The position numbers were made by a program, and so were the translations under genes. A stretch of DNA of 62,223 nucleotides, filler included. It is 5 parts of 5 records of this genome, joined end to end, with 100 filler letters (N's around TTAATTAATTAA, not from the genome) between each part and the next. Parts side by side here need not be neighbours in the genome. Positions count along the whole stretch, not along the records: positions 20,284 to 42,424 come from SRR2962707_2695; 4 more parts are not named here. The stretch is one strand, 5' to 3'. Each line of letters opens with the position of its first letter. Position 1 is the first letter of the stretch. Positions 28,846-39,369 of the stretch are shown in pieces. A model generated the notes under the pieces. It ran no database searches, had not been told where the DNA came from, and saw only the letters and a program-made list of their open reading frames with translations.

Positions 28846-29784
28846 TTATCTGAGAATAACCAGCGGCTTGTGCGCGGTTTTCAGCATGGTGGTTGTTGTA
28901 CTGCCCACTAGAAACTGGCGGATTCGCGAGTGGCCGTAAGCGCCCATCACCAGAATGTCGATGCTGTGCTCTTCCTGATAGGCGTGCAGCGTGGGCTCCA
29001 CATCGCCAGCGCGGATAGCCAGCGTGATCTCAACCCCGAGGCCTTCCAGCATTTTTTCCGCCTTTTTCAGCTGCTCCCAACGATCAGCCGTGTCCGCCCC
29101 AACCATCACCAGGTGCAGGGGCATACCCCGTAACACCGGGCTGGCCGCAATCATCTCAATGCCCTTGAAGGCCGTCGCGGAACCATCAAAGGCCACCATG
29201 GCGCTTTTCGGCTCGCTGTATTCATCCGGCACCAGCAGGATTGGCCGGTGCACGCTGCGGATCACGGTCTCCAACTGGCTACCGATGTGCACATCCCGAT
29301 CGGAACTGCTTTCACCGTGCAGCCCCATCACAAATAGCCGGGTTTCTTTTTCCAGCGCGGTCAGGGCCTCGGCCAAGTTGTCATGGCGCTGGCGCTTGAC
29401 CGTCTCGCCAATACCCGCGGCTTTTACCCTGGCCTCTGCTTCGTCCAGCATGTGGTGGCCATGCTCCAGGGCAAGCTTGGAACGCTTACGGTCCAGCTCC
29501 GCCAGCTCATCCAGCAAATGCTCGCGGCTACCCAGGCCGATGCTGCCAGCCAGATCCGGCTCGGCCGGATACCGTTCTTCATCCAGAACATGCAGCAGCA
29601 TCAGCGGCGTGTCCATAAGGCGGCTGGCCCAGGCGGCAAAGTCGCACACCGCGGGGGCAGCCCGTGAACCGTCAATACACGCCACAATTCTCAACTTGTC
29701 TGCCGTCATAGCTGCCTCGCCTTGCGCCTGATTCTGGCTGTTATTATTGCTGCGAATGTCAGAGTTTTCTTTGGTCTGAGTCAT
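28846..29784 (-). CDS. Tandem-domain universal stress protein
   Basis: Motifs ACIDGS, IGSQLETVIR, AFDGS and VMGAYGHSRIRQFLVGSTT. Alternative start at 29709. Confidence 0.9.
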   Translation of the reverse strand: MTQTKENSDIRSNNNSQNQAQGEAAMTADKLRIVACIDGSRAAPAVCDFAAWASRLMDTPLMLLHVLDEERYPAEPDLAGSIGLGSREHLLDELAELDRKRSKLALEHGHHMLDEAEARVKAAGIGETVKRQRHDNLAEALTALEKETRLFVMGLHGESSSDRDVHIGSQLETVIRSVHRPILLVPDEYSEPKSAMVAFDGSATAFKGIEMIAASPVLRGMPLHLVMVGADTADRWEQLKKAEKMLEGLGVEITLAIRAGDVEPTLHAYQEEHSIDILVMGAYGHSRIRQFLVGSTTTTMLKTAHKPLVILR

Positions 29785-29785
29785 A

Positions 29786-31273
29786 TCAGTGCCCCATCAG
29801 CTGGTCAACGGCGTCGGGCTTGTCGTGCACCCCGAAGCGGTCAACGATGGTGGCACTGGCCTCATTCAGGCCAATCACTTCTACATCCGCACCCTCTCGG
29901 CGGAACTTGATCACCGCCTTGTCCAGCGCGCCAACGGCGGTAATGTCCCAGAAGTGCGCGCGGCTGAGGTCTATCACAACATTGTCCACCGCTTCCTTGA
30001 AGTCAAAGGATTCCAGGAATTTTTCCGAGGAACTGAAGAATACCTGGCCCACCACGGTATAGCGACGGGTGTCTGTTGCCTCGTCCAGCTCGGAGGTCAC
30101 CAGCATGTAATGGCCAACCTTGTTGGCGAAGAACAGAGCCGCCAGCAGCACACCGGCCAGTACGCCGAAAGCCAGGTTATGGGTGGCGACCACCACAATG
30201 ACCGTAACCAGCATCACGATATTGGTGGACAATGGGTGCTCCCTGAGATTACGGATGGAATCCCAGCTAAAGGTACCGATGGAGACCATAATCATCACGG
30301 CCACCAGGGCGGCCATCGGAATCTGCACCAGCCACTTGTCGAGCACCAGAACCAGAATCAGCAGAAAGACACCGGCCGTGAGCGTGGATAAACGTGTGCG
30401 ACCACCGGATTTCACGTTGATGATGGACTGACCGATCATCGCACAGCCGGCCATGCCGCCCAGTAAGCCGGAACCGATATTGGCAATGCCCTGGCCCTTG
30501 CACTCGCGGTTACGGTCGCTGGTCGTGTCCGTAAGATCATCGACAATCGTCGCCGTCATCAAGGATTCCAGCAGCCCTACCACGGCAAGACCGAGTGAAT
30601 AAGGCAGGATGATCATCAGGGTTTCCAGCGTGAGCGGTACGTCTGGCCACAGAAAAATCGGCAAGGTATCCGGCAATTCACCCATATCACCTACGGTACG
30701 AATATCCAGCCCCATAACCATGGAGACAATGGTCAAACCGACGATGCAAACCAGCGGAGACGGAATCAACTTGCCCACAGTGGGTATCAGCGGGAAGAGA
30801 TAGATAATAGCCAGACCAGCGGCGGTCATGGCGTAGACATGCCAGGTCACATTGGTGAGTTCCGGCAACTGGGCCATAAAAATCAGGATGGCCAGAGCGT
30901 TCACGAAACCGGTCACCACTGAACGGGATACAAACCGCATCAAGCCGCCCAGTTTCAGGTAGCCGGCGGCAATCTGGATCACACCGGTCAGCAGGGTTGC
31001 CGCCAGCAGGTATTGCAGCCCATGCTCTTTGACCAGCGTCACCATCAGCAGCGCCATGGCGCCGGTGGCCGCCGAGATCATTCCCGGGCGGCCACCGACA
31101 AAGGCAATAATCACGGCAATACAGAAGGAGGCATACAAGCCCACTTTCGGGTCAACCCCGGCAATGATAGAGAAGGCAATCGCCTCCGGAATCAGTGCCA
31201 GCGCAACCACGGTTCCGGCGAGCAAGTCGCCGCGGATGTTCGAAAACCAGTTCTGCTTGAGTGCGTTTGTCAT
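29786..31273 (-). CDS. SulP family inorganic anion transporter with STAS domain
   Basis: Motifs [29 protein letters not shown] and GCAMIGQS; C-terminal STAS (GQVFF...HFWD). Confidence 0.93.
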   Translation of the reverse strand: MTNALKQNWFSNIRGDLLAGTVVALALIPEAIAFSIIAGVDPKVGLYASFCIAVIIAFVGGRPGMISAATGAMALLMVTLVKEHGLQYLLAATLLTGVIQIAAGYLKLGGLMRFVSRSVVTGFVNALAILIFMAQLPELTNVTWHVYAMTAAGLAIIYLFPLIPTVGKLIPSPLVCIVGLTIVSMVMGLDIRTVGDMGELPDTLPIFLWPDVPLTLETLMIILPYSLGLAVVGLLESLMTATIVDDLTDTTSDRNRECKGQGIANIGSGLLGGMAGCAMIGQSIINVKSGGRTRLSTLTAGVFLLILVLVLDKWLVQIPMAALVAVMIMVSIGTFSWDSIRNLREHPLSTNIVMLVTVIVVVATHNLAFGVLAGVLLAALFFANKVGHYMLVTSELDEATDTRRYTVVGQVFFSSSEKFLESFDFKEAVDNVVIDLSRAHFWDITAVGALDKAVIKFRREGADVEVIGLNEASATIVDRFGVHDKPDAVDQLMGH

Positions 31274-31312
31274 GGTCAGGGGTGTCGCTTTCAATTCTTG
31301 GGGATATCAGAT

Positions 31313-31397
31313 CGGGGCCGCGAAGGGTACCAGAAACCGTCCTGAAAGTATGGCCAGACTGACCATCCCGACAGACCGGGGGTGCCGCCGGGGCCGC
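31313..31397 (-). promoter_or_regulatory. Candidate structured 5' leader of sulP
   Basis: Three short clustered hairpins, each with a G-U pair valid only on the minus strand, are bracketed by the 9-bp direct repeat CGGGGCCGC. Confidence 0.4.
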
Positions 31398-31442
31398 TAA
31401 TTGCCTAGAATGCGTTTAAATAATCTTTTTGGTGACAAGTAC

Positions 31443-32723
31443 ATGGATGATGTAGCAAGCCAGTTCCTAAACGCCAACCAGACCACCATCAATCTGGCCG
31501 TGGCCTTGCTGCTCGGAGCCATCATTGGCCTGGAGCGGGGCTGGGATGCCCGGGAGCAGAAATCCGGGGAACGCATTGCCGGTATCCGCACCTTCTCACT
31601 GGTCGGGCTGTTGGGCGGTATTGCCGCCGTATTGTCGGAGCAGATTACCCCCTGGGCCTTTCCGGTATTGCTACTCAGTGTAGTGGCCATGGGGCTGGTG
31701 GCCTACAGCGAGCGCCTGGAACACATCCGCAATTTCAGCATTACCGGCATGGTCGGCATGTTGTTGACCTTCTGTTTTGGCGCCGTTGCCGTGGCGGTGG
31801 ATCCGGTGATCGCCACCGCTGCTGCGGTGGTCACCGCCATCATTCTGGACAACAAGGAAGAAATCCACGGCTGGGTACACAAGCTTCAGGCCAGCGAACT
31901 GGACGCGGCCCTTAAACTGCTCTTGATCTCGGTGGTGATGCTGCCTCTGCTACCAAACGAGGCCATGGGACCGGGTGGCGTGCTCAACCCCCGGGAAATC
32001 TGGTGGATGGTGGTGATGATCGCCTCCATCTCATTTGTCGGTTACTTTGCCATCCGGGTGGCCGGAGCCCGCAAAGGCATTCTGTTCACCAGCCTGTTTG
32101 CCGGATTGAGTTCATCTACCGCCCTGAGCCTGCACTTCGCCCGGCAATCGGCGAAGAATCCCGACTTCAGCCCGCAGTTTGCTGCCGGCATCCTGATTGC
32201 CTGCGGCACCATGTTCCCCCGGATTCTGGTTTATTGCCTGGTCATCAACAAGGCACTGCTACCCAGCCTGATCTGGCCGGTCGCCATGATGACCGCCCTC
32301 CTCTACGTGCCCGCGCTGATCATTTGGCGCCGCAACGCCCGGCAACTGCAGGTGAGCCAGCCCACCATGAACCAGAACCCGCTGGATCTCTCTTCCGCAC
32401 TGGTGTTCGGTTTCTTGCTGACCGCCATTCTGTTACTGGGGGAATTCCTCAAGAATGCCTTTGGCGATGTCGGCATTTACGCCCTGGCCGCCACCTCTGG
32501 CGTGGCGGATGTCGATGCCATCACCCTGTCTCTTACCCGGATGTCCAACGATGGCCTGGGCATGGATGCAGCCGTGCTGGGGATTGTCATCGCGGCAGCG
32601 GTGAATAATCTGGTGAAATCGGGCATCGCCTGGAGTATCGGCAACCGACAAACCGGTCTGCTGGTGGCTGGCCCGATGGTGTTATCTCTGGCCGCAGGCC
32701 TGTTGGTGGCCTGGCTGCAATAA
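31443..32723 (+). CDS. MgtC/SapB-N plus DUF4010 membrane protein
   Basis: Motifs LLGAIIGLERGW...AGIRTF, LPLLPN, ISFVGY, GLSSSTA and GVADVDAITLS. Confidence 0.85.
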   Translation: MDDVASQFLNANQTTINLAVALLLGAIIGLERGWDAREQKSGERIAGIRTFSLVGLLGGIAAVLSEQITPWAFPVLLLSVVAMGLVAYSERLEHIRNFSITGMVGMLLTFCFGAVAVAVDPVIATAAAVVTAIILDNKEEIHGWVHKLQASELDAALKLLLISVVMLPLLPNEAMGPGGVLNPREIWWMVVMIASISFVGYFAIRVAGARKGILFTSLFAGLSSSTALSLHFARQSAKNPDFSPQFAAGILIACGTMFPRILVYCLVINKALLPSLIWPVAMMTALLYVPALIIWRRNARQLQVSQPTMNQNPLDLSSALVFGFLLTAILLLGEFLKNAFGDVGIYALAATSGVADVDAITLSLTRMSNDGLGMDAAVLGIVIAAAVNNLVKSGIAWSIGNRQTGLLVAGPMVLSLAAGLLVAWLQ

Positions 32724-32727
32724 GGTA

Positions 32728-33378
32728 TCAGCCAGCCTTACGGAAGGTCAGATTGTAGCGGGCCGAGCCGGTCACCGGGTGTTCACCGGCTTTCAGAGTC
32801 AGAACGCCGTGGTAACGCAAACGGGCCGGGCCGCCCCAGACCACCACATCACCATGTTCCAGCAGAATACGCGCGGGGCGGTCGCTGCGCTTGAGTCCAC
32901 CAAACTGAAACACAATGGGCAGGCCCAGAGACACCGACACAATGGGCCAGGCAAAGTCTTTTTCGTCCTTATCCTGATGCAGTCCCATTTTGGCCCCTGG
33001 CTGATAGCGATTAATCAGGCAGGCATCCGGGTCAAAGCCGGGAAATCCCGCTTCCCGGGCTGACTTGCAGGCCAATGAGACAAAGCTTTCGGGCATGGCC
33101 GGCCACGGAAGCCCGGATAAGGGATCCTGAGGCTGGTAGCGATACCCTGTCTCGTCAGTCACCCATCCCAGGGGGCCGCAACAGGTCATGGCGGCCGACA
33201 TCTGATGGCCACCCGGCGTTTTCATGTGGCGAAACGGCGCCTGTCGCGCCACCTGTTCTATATCTCGCATCAAGGCTTGCTGGTGCTTCACGGCATGGCG
33301 CCGTAGCACAACCACGCCCTCGTCAAAGGCTTCCATTGTCGGTTGATCGTTCAACCCGGAAAACAGATCTGGCGTCAT
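32728..33378 (-). CDS. alkB: Fe(II)/2-oxoglutarate DNA oxidative demethylase
   Basis: Motifs TPGG, LGWVTD, DACLINRY, LHQDKDE, IVSVSLG, RLRYHGV and RYNLTFR. Confidence 0.95.
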   Translation of the reverse strand: MTPDLFSGLNDQPTMEAFDEGVVVLRRHAVKHQQALMRDIEQVARQAPFRHMKTPGGHQMSAAMTCCGPLGWVTDETGYRYQPQDPLSGLPWPAMPESFVSLACKSAREAGFPGFDPDACLINRYQPGAKMGLHQDKDEKDFAWPIVSVSLGLPIVFQFGGLKRSDRPARILLEHGDVVVWGGPARLRYHGVLTLKAGEHPVTGSARYNLTFRKAG

Positions 33379-33453
33379 AAGCCACCCGTTTATCTTCTGA
33401 AATCAGAATAACGCCCGCAGAGCGTCTACACTTAGAGAACCCTTCATCCGTCG

Positions 33454-36285
33454 TTGGATCCCGACGCTGTGAGACAGACAAAACCGCCACACAACAAACA
33501 GTCCGCCCGGGTATCACTGGCATTCCTGATAGCCTCTGCCATTACCCTGGGAATGCTGATACTGGCCATCACACTGGTGGCCCAGAGTTATCGGGGCATG
33601 GAACAGGCCAAGGTCACCGCTGCCGCCGCCACTGCCCGACAGCTGGCTCTAAGCGTGGACGATCGTATCAATGCCATTACCCAACCGCCGGCTACGGCGC
33701 TGGCCTTGTTGCGGCACGACCCACTCACCCGGAGTTCCACCCTTGAGCAACGACGGCAACGCCTGCCGGTGATTGCCGATGTGCTCACCAGCAGCGATAT
33801 TGTCAGTGCGGTATACGCAGGCTATGACAATGGCGATTTTTTCCTGTTCCGTAAGATTCGCAGTTCGGGCTCACTCCAGTTTCCGGACGCCCCCGCAACC
33901 AGTCGCTATCTGCTGCAAAGCCTGGAATACCAGGGCAACCTGCGCAAGGGCATCTGGCAATTCTATAACAGCGACCTGGAACTGCTCGAACGCCGCTCGC
34001 TGCCGGATTACGACTATGATCCCCGCCAGCGCCCTTGGTATCAGGCAGCCAGGGCCGGAGATTCACTGCAGCTATCAGCGCCCTATGTGTTTTTCACCAC
34101 CCAGGAAACCGGGCTGACCCTGTCTCAGAGGGCCGCCAGTATCCCGGGTACCGTGCTGGGTGTTGATGTCACCGTGACCGACCTGGGCTCGCAACTGGCG
34201 GAGCTGAAACAGACCCCAGGCAGCCGGCTGGCCATTGTCAGCGCCTCCGGGGAACTGCTTGCAGACGCCGACGGTAACACCGAGCCCGATGCCGTGATCC
34301 GCCAGGTGCTTGAGCCTGGCACCAACCGGGAAATCCGCCGCTTTCAGCAGCAGGGCCGTGACTGGTATGGCATGGCCGAGCGACTTGGAACCCTGCCCGA
34401 TGAAGCACTCTCCGTGGTTGTCGCCATTCCCTCGGATGAACTGCTGGCCGATGTCTGGGCCGCCCTTGCCCGCCAGACCGCGATCGCCGGCGCCATAGCG
34501 CTTCTGCTGTTGATACTTGGCTGGTTTATGGGGCGCCAGGTGGGCAAACCCCTTGAACGCCTGACCGACCGGGTCAGCAGTCTCTCCCGCTTCCGCTTTG
34601 ACACGCCAATCCGCTCGGAGTCCCATATCCGGGAAGCCTCGGAACTCAGCATTGCCCTGGATGACATGGCCCGCACCATCCGAAGCTTCCAGAACATCGC
34701 CACGGTGCTCAACCGGGGCCAGGACCTGAACCAGTTGTTACGCGACATTCTTGACCAGATCATCGCCATCGTCAGCCAGGAGCGGGGCGCTATTTACCTG
34801 TACAGCAGCCATGAACATAAACTCGATCTGGCTGTTAACCGCGGACTTGAACTGCCCGCCAGCCTGCCAGCCATCAACCAGGCGGCAGACGATAACGAGA
34901 TCATTCGCCAGCTAAGAAACCACATATCCGGCCACCCGGTGTTTGCCATCCTGCGTAATCGACGCAAGAAACTCATTGGTGCATTGATCATCGAAATGGA
35001 AGTGGGCGACCACACCCACCTCAGTGATGACCTGATTGTTTTCGTGGATGAAATTGCCGGCTCCGCCGCAGTTGCCATCGAAACCCGTGAACTGATCGAA
35101 AGCCAGCAGGCCCTGCTCGATGGGTTTATCCGCCTGGTGGCCAGCGCCATTGATGCCAAGTCGCCCTACACCGGTGGTCATTGCGAGCGGGTACCCAAGC
35201 TCGCCCAGATGATCACGGAGGTGGCAGAGCAGGCATCGGAAGGGCCTTTTGCCCATTTCCGCATGAACGAAGACGAACGTTACGAATTTCACCTGGCGGC
35301 CTGGTTGCACGACTGCGGCAAGATCACCAGCCCGGAATATGTGGTCGACAAAGCCGTAAAGCTGGAAACCATCTACAACCGCATCCACGAAATCCGGGCC
35401 CGCTTTGAAATCCTGCACCGGGATGCCGAGGTCCGTTACCTTCAAGCCTGCCTGAATGGAGAAGACCCGACCCAGGCTGCCCGTTACAGAGATGAGGCCC
35501 AGGCAAAACTGCAGGCTGACTTTGGCTTCCTGGCAAACGCCAATGTGGGCAGTGAGTCCATGTCGGACGAGGATGTAGCGCGCATTCGCCAGATCGGAGC
35601 CCAGACCTGGCAACGCCATTTCAGTGACCGGCTGGGCCTCTCCGGGGATGAGCAGCAAGCCCTGGCGGATTCTCCGGAAGCGGCACTGCCCGCCACAGAG
35701 CCACTGCTGGCAGACAAACCCTGGCATATTCGCACCTGGGGCGACCGGGTGCCTCCGGTTCAGCGGGACGACCCGCGCAATCTCTGGGGCTTTGACATGA
35801 AGCTGCCTGAGTATGCCTACAACCGGGGAGAACTCCACAATCTGACCATCCAGTACGGCACCCTGACGGAAGAAGAGCGCTTCCGTATCAACGAACACAT
35901 CGTGCAGACCATCTGCATGCTGGATGCCCTGCCCCTGCCAGACCGTCTGGCCCGTGTGCCCCGGCTGGCCGGCACCCACCACGAGCGTGTGGACGGCAAG
36001 GGCTACCCCTTCGGCCTGAGCGGTGAGGACATGAGCATTCCCGAGAAAATCATGGCCGTGGCTGACATCTTCGAGGCGCTGACCGCCGTGGATCGCCCTT
36101 ACAAGCAGGGCAAGACACTGTCTGAAGCGCTGAACATCATGGATAACATGACCAGACAGGGCCATATAGACCGGGAGGTATTCCTGCTCTTCGTACGCTC
36201 CGGAACCTATCGGCGCTACGGTGCCCAGCACCTGAAGGCCGAGCAGATTGATACCGTGGATGAAAGCCTGTTCATGAAGCCCTGA
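33454..36285 (+). CDS. Membrane HD-GYP phosphohydrolase (Cache-HAMP-GAF-HD-GYP)
   Basis: Two TM segments flank a Cache region (YDPRQRPWY...SAPYVFF). Then HAMP, GAF-like, IDAKSPYTGGHCERV, WLHDCGK, HHERVDGKGYP and ADIFEAL..DRPYK. Start uncertain. Confidence 0.88.
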   Translation: MDPDAVRQTKPPHNKQSARVSLAFLIASAITLGMLILAITLVAQSYRGMEQAKVTAAAATARQLALSVDDRINAITQPPATALALLRHDPLTRSSTLEQRRQRLPVIADVLTSSDIVSAVYAGYDNGDFFLFRKIRSSGSLQFPDAPATSRYLLQSLEYQGNLRKGIWQFYNSDLELLERRSLPDYDYDPRQRPWYQAARAGDSLQLSAPYVFFTTQETGLTLSQRAASIPGTVLGVDVTVTDLGSQLAELKQTPGSRLAIVSASGELLADADGNTEPDAVIRQVLEPGTNREIRRFQQQGRDWYGMAERLGTLPDEALSVVVAIPSDELLADVWAALARQTAIAGAIALLLLILGWFMGRQVGKPLERLTDRVSSLSRFRFDTPIRSESHIREASELSIALDDMARTIRSFQNIATVLNRGQDLNQLLRDILDQIIAIVSQERGAIYLYSSHEHKLDLAVNRGLELPASLPAINQAADDNEIIRQLRNHISGHPVFAILRNRRKKLIGALIIEMEVGDHTHLSDDLIVFVDEIAGSAAVAIETRELIESQQALLDGFIRLVASAIDAKSPYTGGHCERVPKLAQMITEVAEQASEGPFAHFRMNEDERYEFHLAAWLHDCGKITSPEYVVDKAVKLETIYNRIHEIRARFEILHRDAEVRYLQACLNGEDPTQAARYRDEAQAKLQADFGFLANANVGSESMSDEDVARIRQIGAQTWQRHFSDRLGLSGDEQQALADSPEAALPATEPLLADKPWHIRTWGDRVPPVQRDDPRNLWGFDMKLPEYAYNRGELHNLTIQYGTLTEEERFRINEHIVQTICMLDALPLPDRLARVPRLAGTHHERVDGKGYPFGLSGEDMSIPEKIMAVADIFEALTAVDRPYKQGKTLSEALNIMDNMTRQGHIDREVFLLFVRSGTYRRYGAQHLKAEQIDTVDESLFMKP

Positions 36286-36334
36286 CCAAAAACACGTATA
36301 TTCTCAGGACTGTTTACTCAACGAAGGATAGAGA

Positions 36335-37117
36335 ATGCTGTTCGCAATCATTTTTGGCGGTCTGATCGGTTATGCCTTTGGTCGATTCCCCGGCTTTCTG
36401 GTTGGCGCAGCCATTGGTGCGTTCCTGTTCCAGCGCATGAAAAGCCGACTGCTGGGCAAGCTTCAGGGGCTGCAGGCCGGTTTCATTGAATCCGTGTTCG
36501 CGGTGATGGGCGCCCTGTGCAAGGCCGATGGCGTGGTCTCACGGGATGAAATCCAGATGGCAGAGGCCATGTTCATTCGCTTTCGCCTGAACGAATCCCA
36601 GAAAGCCATGGCCAAGGAAGCGTTCAACCGGGGTAAAGCATCGGACTTCGACCTGGATGCCGAACTCCAGCGCTTCATGCAGGCTTCCGGCCGCCAGCCG
36701 GTGCTGTTGCAAATGTTTCTGCAGGTACAGGTGTCTGCGGTTGCCGCAGACGGGCAGGTACATCCGGCCGAGCACGAAATGCTGGTTCGTATCGCCCGTG
36801 GGCTGGGGCTGCCGGAAAGTCAGGTCGACCAGCTCGAAGCTATGCTGCGTGGTGCCCATGCCGGCCAGGCGGGCGGTACCCGCAATTATTCCAGCAGCCA
36901 GCAGATCGATGATGCCTACAAGGTTCTTGGCGTCTCGCCAGAGGCCTCAGACGCCGAGATCAAGCGCGCTTACCGCAAGCTGATGAGTGAAAACCACCCG
37001 GACAAACTCGCCGGACGCGGCTTGCCCGAAAGTATGCGGGAAATGGCGGAAGAACGAACCCGTGAAATCAGCCACTCTTACGACGTGATCAAGGAAGCGC
37101 GGAACAAAGCGTCCTGA
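36335..37117 (+). CDS. djlA: Co-chaperone DjlA (TerB-like + J domain)
   Basis: N-terminal TM, KADGVVS, and a C-terminal J domain (AYKVLGV...AYRKLMSENHPDK). Confidence 0.92.
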   Translation: MLFAIIFGGLIGYAFGRFPGFLVGAAIGAFLFQRMKSRLLGKLQGLQAGFIESVFAVMGALCKADGVVSRDEIQMAEAMFIRFRLNESQKAMAKEAFNRGKASDFDLDAELQRFMQASGRQPVLLQMFLQVQVSAVAADGQVHPAEHEMLVRIARGLGLPESQVDQLEAMLRGAHAGQAGGTRNYSSSQQIDDAYKVLGVSPEASDAEIKRAYRKLMSENHPDKLAGRGLPESMREMAEERTREISHSYDVIKEARNKAS

Positions 37118-37126
37118 GCCCGACAG

Positions 37127-37735
37127 TCAGAACCAGCGGGGCACCCGTTTGCAATAGGCCTCGTACTGTTCATCAAAACGCCTGGCCAGGGCTTTCTCTT
37201 CCTCCCTGGCCTGGCGCATGATCACCAGCACGCCAGTCACCAGGCACACCAGCGAAAACACGCTGGGCAACGCCAGAAAGAACCCCAACTGCCCCGTCAT
37301 CACCGCCAGAAACAGCGGGTTCCGGCTGCGACCAAATGGTCCATCGGTCAGAAGGTGCCCACTGCCATGCTGGTCATCAATGCCGGAACGCCAGTCCTCA
37401 TGCATGTAGGCCTGCAGATAGTTCACGGCTGTGTAGGAAACCAGCAGAAGCACAGCCCCGGCCAGTAACACCGGCCAGTGGTACAGCAGGGAGAAAACGC
37501 CCAACCAGGCGTCCAGATCAACCCAGATCCTGGCCAGGCAAACCAGCAGAATCGCAGCCCGGAACAGGTTAAAGGTTTGGCGATGCCACCAGGTAGCCGT
37601 ACCGGCCCTGCCATAATTGATGTGAGAGAAGCCCAATCGTGAATACAGGCCGAGCGTACGGGCCGCAAACTGCAGGCCAATCATCAGGAAAAAAACGCCG
37701 AGAAAAACCCGGACAGCTGGCTCGATCAGATCCAT
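37127..37735 (-). CDS. Isoprenylcysteine/phospholipid methyltransferase family membrane protein
   Basis: Hydrophobic. Motifs WRSGID, LLTDGPFGRSRNPLF and EEKAL..RF...YEAYCKRVPRW. Confidence 0.8.
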   Translation of the reverse strand: MDLIEPAVRVFLGVFFLMIGLQFAARTLGLYSRLGFSHINYGRAGTATWWHRQTFNLFRAAILLVCLARIWVDLDAWLGVFSLLYHWPVLLAGAVLLLVSYTAVNYLQAYMHEDWRSGIDDQHGSGHLLTDGPFGRSRNPLFLAVMTGQLGFFLALPSVFSLVCLVTGVLVIMRQAREEEKALARRFDEQYEAYCKRVPRWF

Positions 37736-37923
37736 TATTCATTCTGGTTCAGTAGGTTGGCAAACAGCTTACTGTGCTTGAGGCTTCATTGAAAGAGACA
37801 CCGATCAATCCTTTGCTGCCATATTTTGCACCTATTTTGTGACGCCATACCTGAAATGACATATCGTCACGTTTAAGCCTGAGTTATGTTAGTAAGCCTC
37901 TGTTTTTGCTTTCAGGAGCCGCC

Positions 37924-39369
37924 ATGAATCAGCCACCCAGTACCCGCTTCCATTGTTTCCGCAACGACGCGATGGCCGACAACGACGCTACTGCACTTGC
38001 TGAACGGATTCGTTCAGGCGAGGTTTCGGCGCAGGAAGTGACGGCGGCGGCGATAGAGCGGGCACAGCTGGCGGCGCCGGTGATCAATGGTGTGGTGGCT
38101 GAACGTTATCAGCCAGCGCTGACACAGAGCCAGCGACCGGGCGCCCAGACTGGCCCCTTTGCCGGTGTACCTACTTATATCAAGGACAACACAGACGTTG
38201 AGGGTTTGCCCACCGGGCACGGGTCACAGGCGGTCACGCCCCGGGTGGCGAAAAGAACCAGCCCTTTTGCCGAACAGATGTTGTCCCAGGGCTATATTTG
38301 CCTGGGCAAGTCCACACTGCCGGAATTCGGTTTTAACGCCTCAACTGAGCCCGCCCAGGGAGACCCGACACGCAACCCATGGAACCTGGACTATTCCTGT
38401 GGCGCTTCATCCGGCGGTGCTGCCGCCCTGGTCGCAGCCGGCGTGGTGCCCATCGCCCACGCCAATGACGGTGGCGGCTCTATCCGCATACCGGCTGCCT
38501 GTTGCGGGTTGGTAGGCCTGAAACCTACACGAGGCCGAGTGGTAGATAACGATGCCGCCCGGGATTTGCCCGTCAACATCATCAGTGATGGTGTCGTCAC
38601 GCGTTCAGTGCGCGATACCGCCGGCTTCCTGGCGTACGCCGAGTCCTGGTTCAAGAACCGGAAACTACCCGCCATCGGGCATGTGCAGGGCCCCTCTGGC
38701 CGACAATTGCGCATTGGCCTGGTGCTGGACTCCATCAACGGCCACCCCACCGACCCGGAAACCCGGCTAACCGTGGAGCAGACGGCCCGCTACCTGGAAA
38801 AGCTGGGGCACATTATCGAGCCCATGGATGTGCCGGTCGCCAGCTCATTTCCGGATGACTTTGCGCTTTACTGGGGGATGCTCGCTTTCGGTGTAAAAGC
38901 CCGCGGTAAGAAGCTCTATCACCCGGATTTCGACAAATCCCGAGTGGACGGCCTGACCAATGGCCTGGACAAAATGTTCCGCCGCCAGTTCTGGCGCCTG
39001 CCCGCTGTCATCTGGCGGCTGAAACGCTCCTGGCACGACTATCAGAGGCACATGAATGATTATGACGCGGTGCTGACCCCCGTCCTGGGACATACCACAC
39101 CGCCACTGGGCCATCTGAACCCCGGCGTACCTTTCGATACCCTGTTCGAACGGCTGACCCGCTATGTGAGTTTTACGCCGCTGGCCAACGCCACAGGTGC
39201 TCCGGCTATCGCCTTGCCTATGGGGGAAAGCAGCCAGCACCTGCCCATTTCGGTGCAGTTTATGGGTCGGCATGGCGATGAGCGAACGCTACTTGAAATT
39301 GCCTACGCGCTGGAAGCCAACCACCCCTGGCCCACTCTAAGCCAGGCAGCCCGGTCAAATCAGGCCTGA
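37924..39369 (+). CDS. Amidase signature family enzyme
   Basis: GVPTYIKD (Lys), GASSGGAAA and DGGGSIRIPAACCGLVGLKP give the Ser-cisSer-Lys triad. Confidence 0.92.
   Translation: MNQPPSTRFHCFRNDAMADNDATALAERIRSGEVSAQEVTAAAIERAQLAAPVINGVVAERYQPALTQSQRPGAQTGPFAGVPTYIKDNTDVEGLPTGHGSQAVTPRVAKRTSPFAEQMLSQGYICLGKSTLPEFGFNASTEPAQGDPTRNPWNLDYSCGASSGGAAALVAAGVVPIAHANDGGGSIRIPAACCGLVGLKPTRGRVVDNDAARDLPVNIISDGVVTRSVRDTAGFLAYAESWFKNRKLPAIGHVQGPSGRQLRIGLVLDSINGHPTDPETRLTVEQTARYLEKLGHIIEPMDVPVASSFPDDFALYWGMLAFGVKARGKKLYHPDFDKSRVDGLTNGLDKMFRRQFWRLPAVIWRLKRSWHDYQRHMNDYDAVLTPVLGHTTPPLGHLNPGVPFDTLFERLTRYVSFTPLANATGAPAIALPMGESSQHLPISVQFMGRHGDERTLLEIAYALEANHPWPTLSQAARSNQA

Noticed and set aside
31397..31444. 15-codon minus-strand ORF (MYLSPKRLFKRILGN) as a sulP leader peptide
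   Set aside because: It overlaps the start codon of the divergent gene and the likely promoter region, has no clear RBS and has no informative residue bias.
36335..37117. TerB-domain tellurite or anti-phage locus
   Set aside because: The TerB-like region is the normal middle domain of DjlA, and no other ter genes are nearby.
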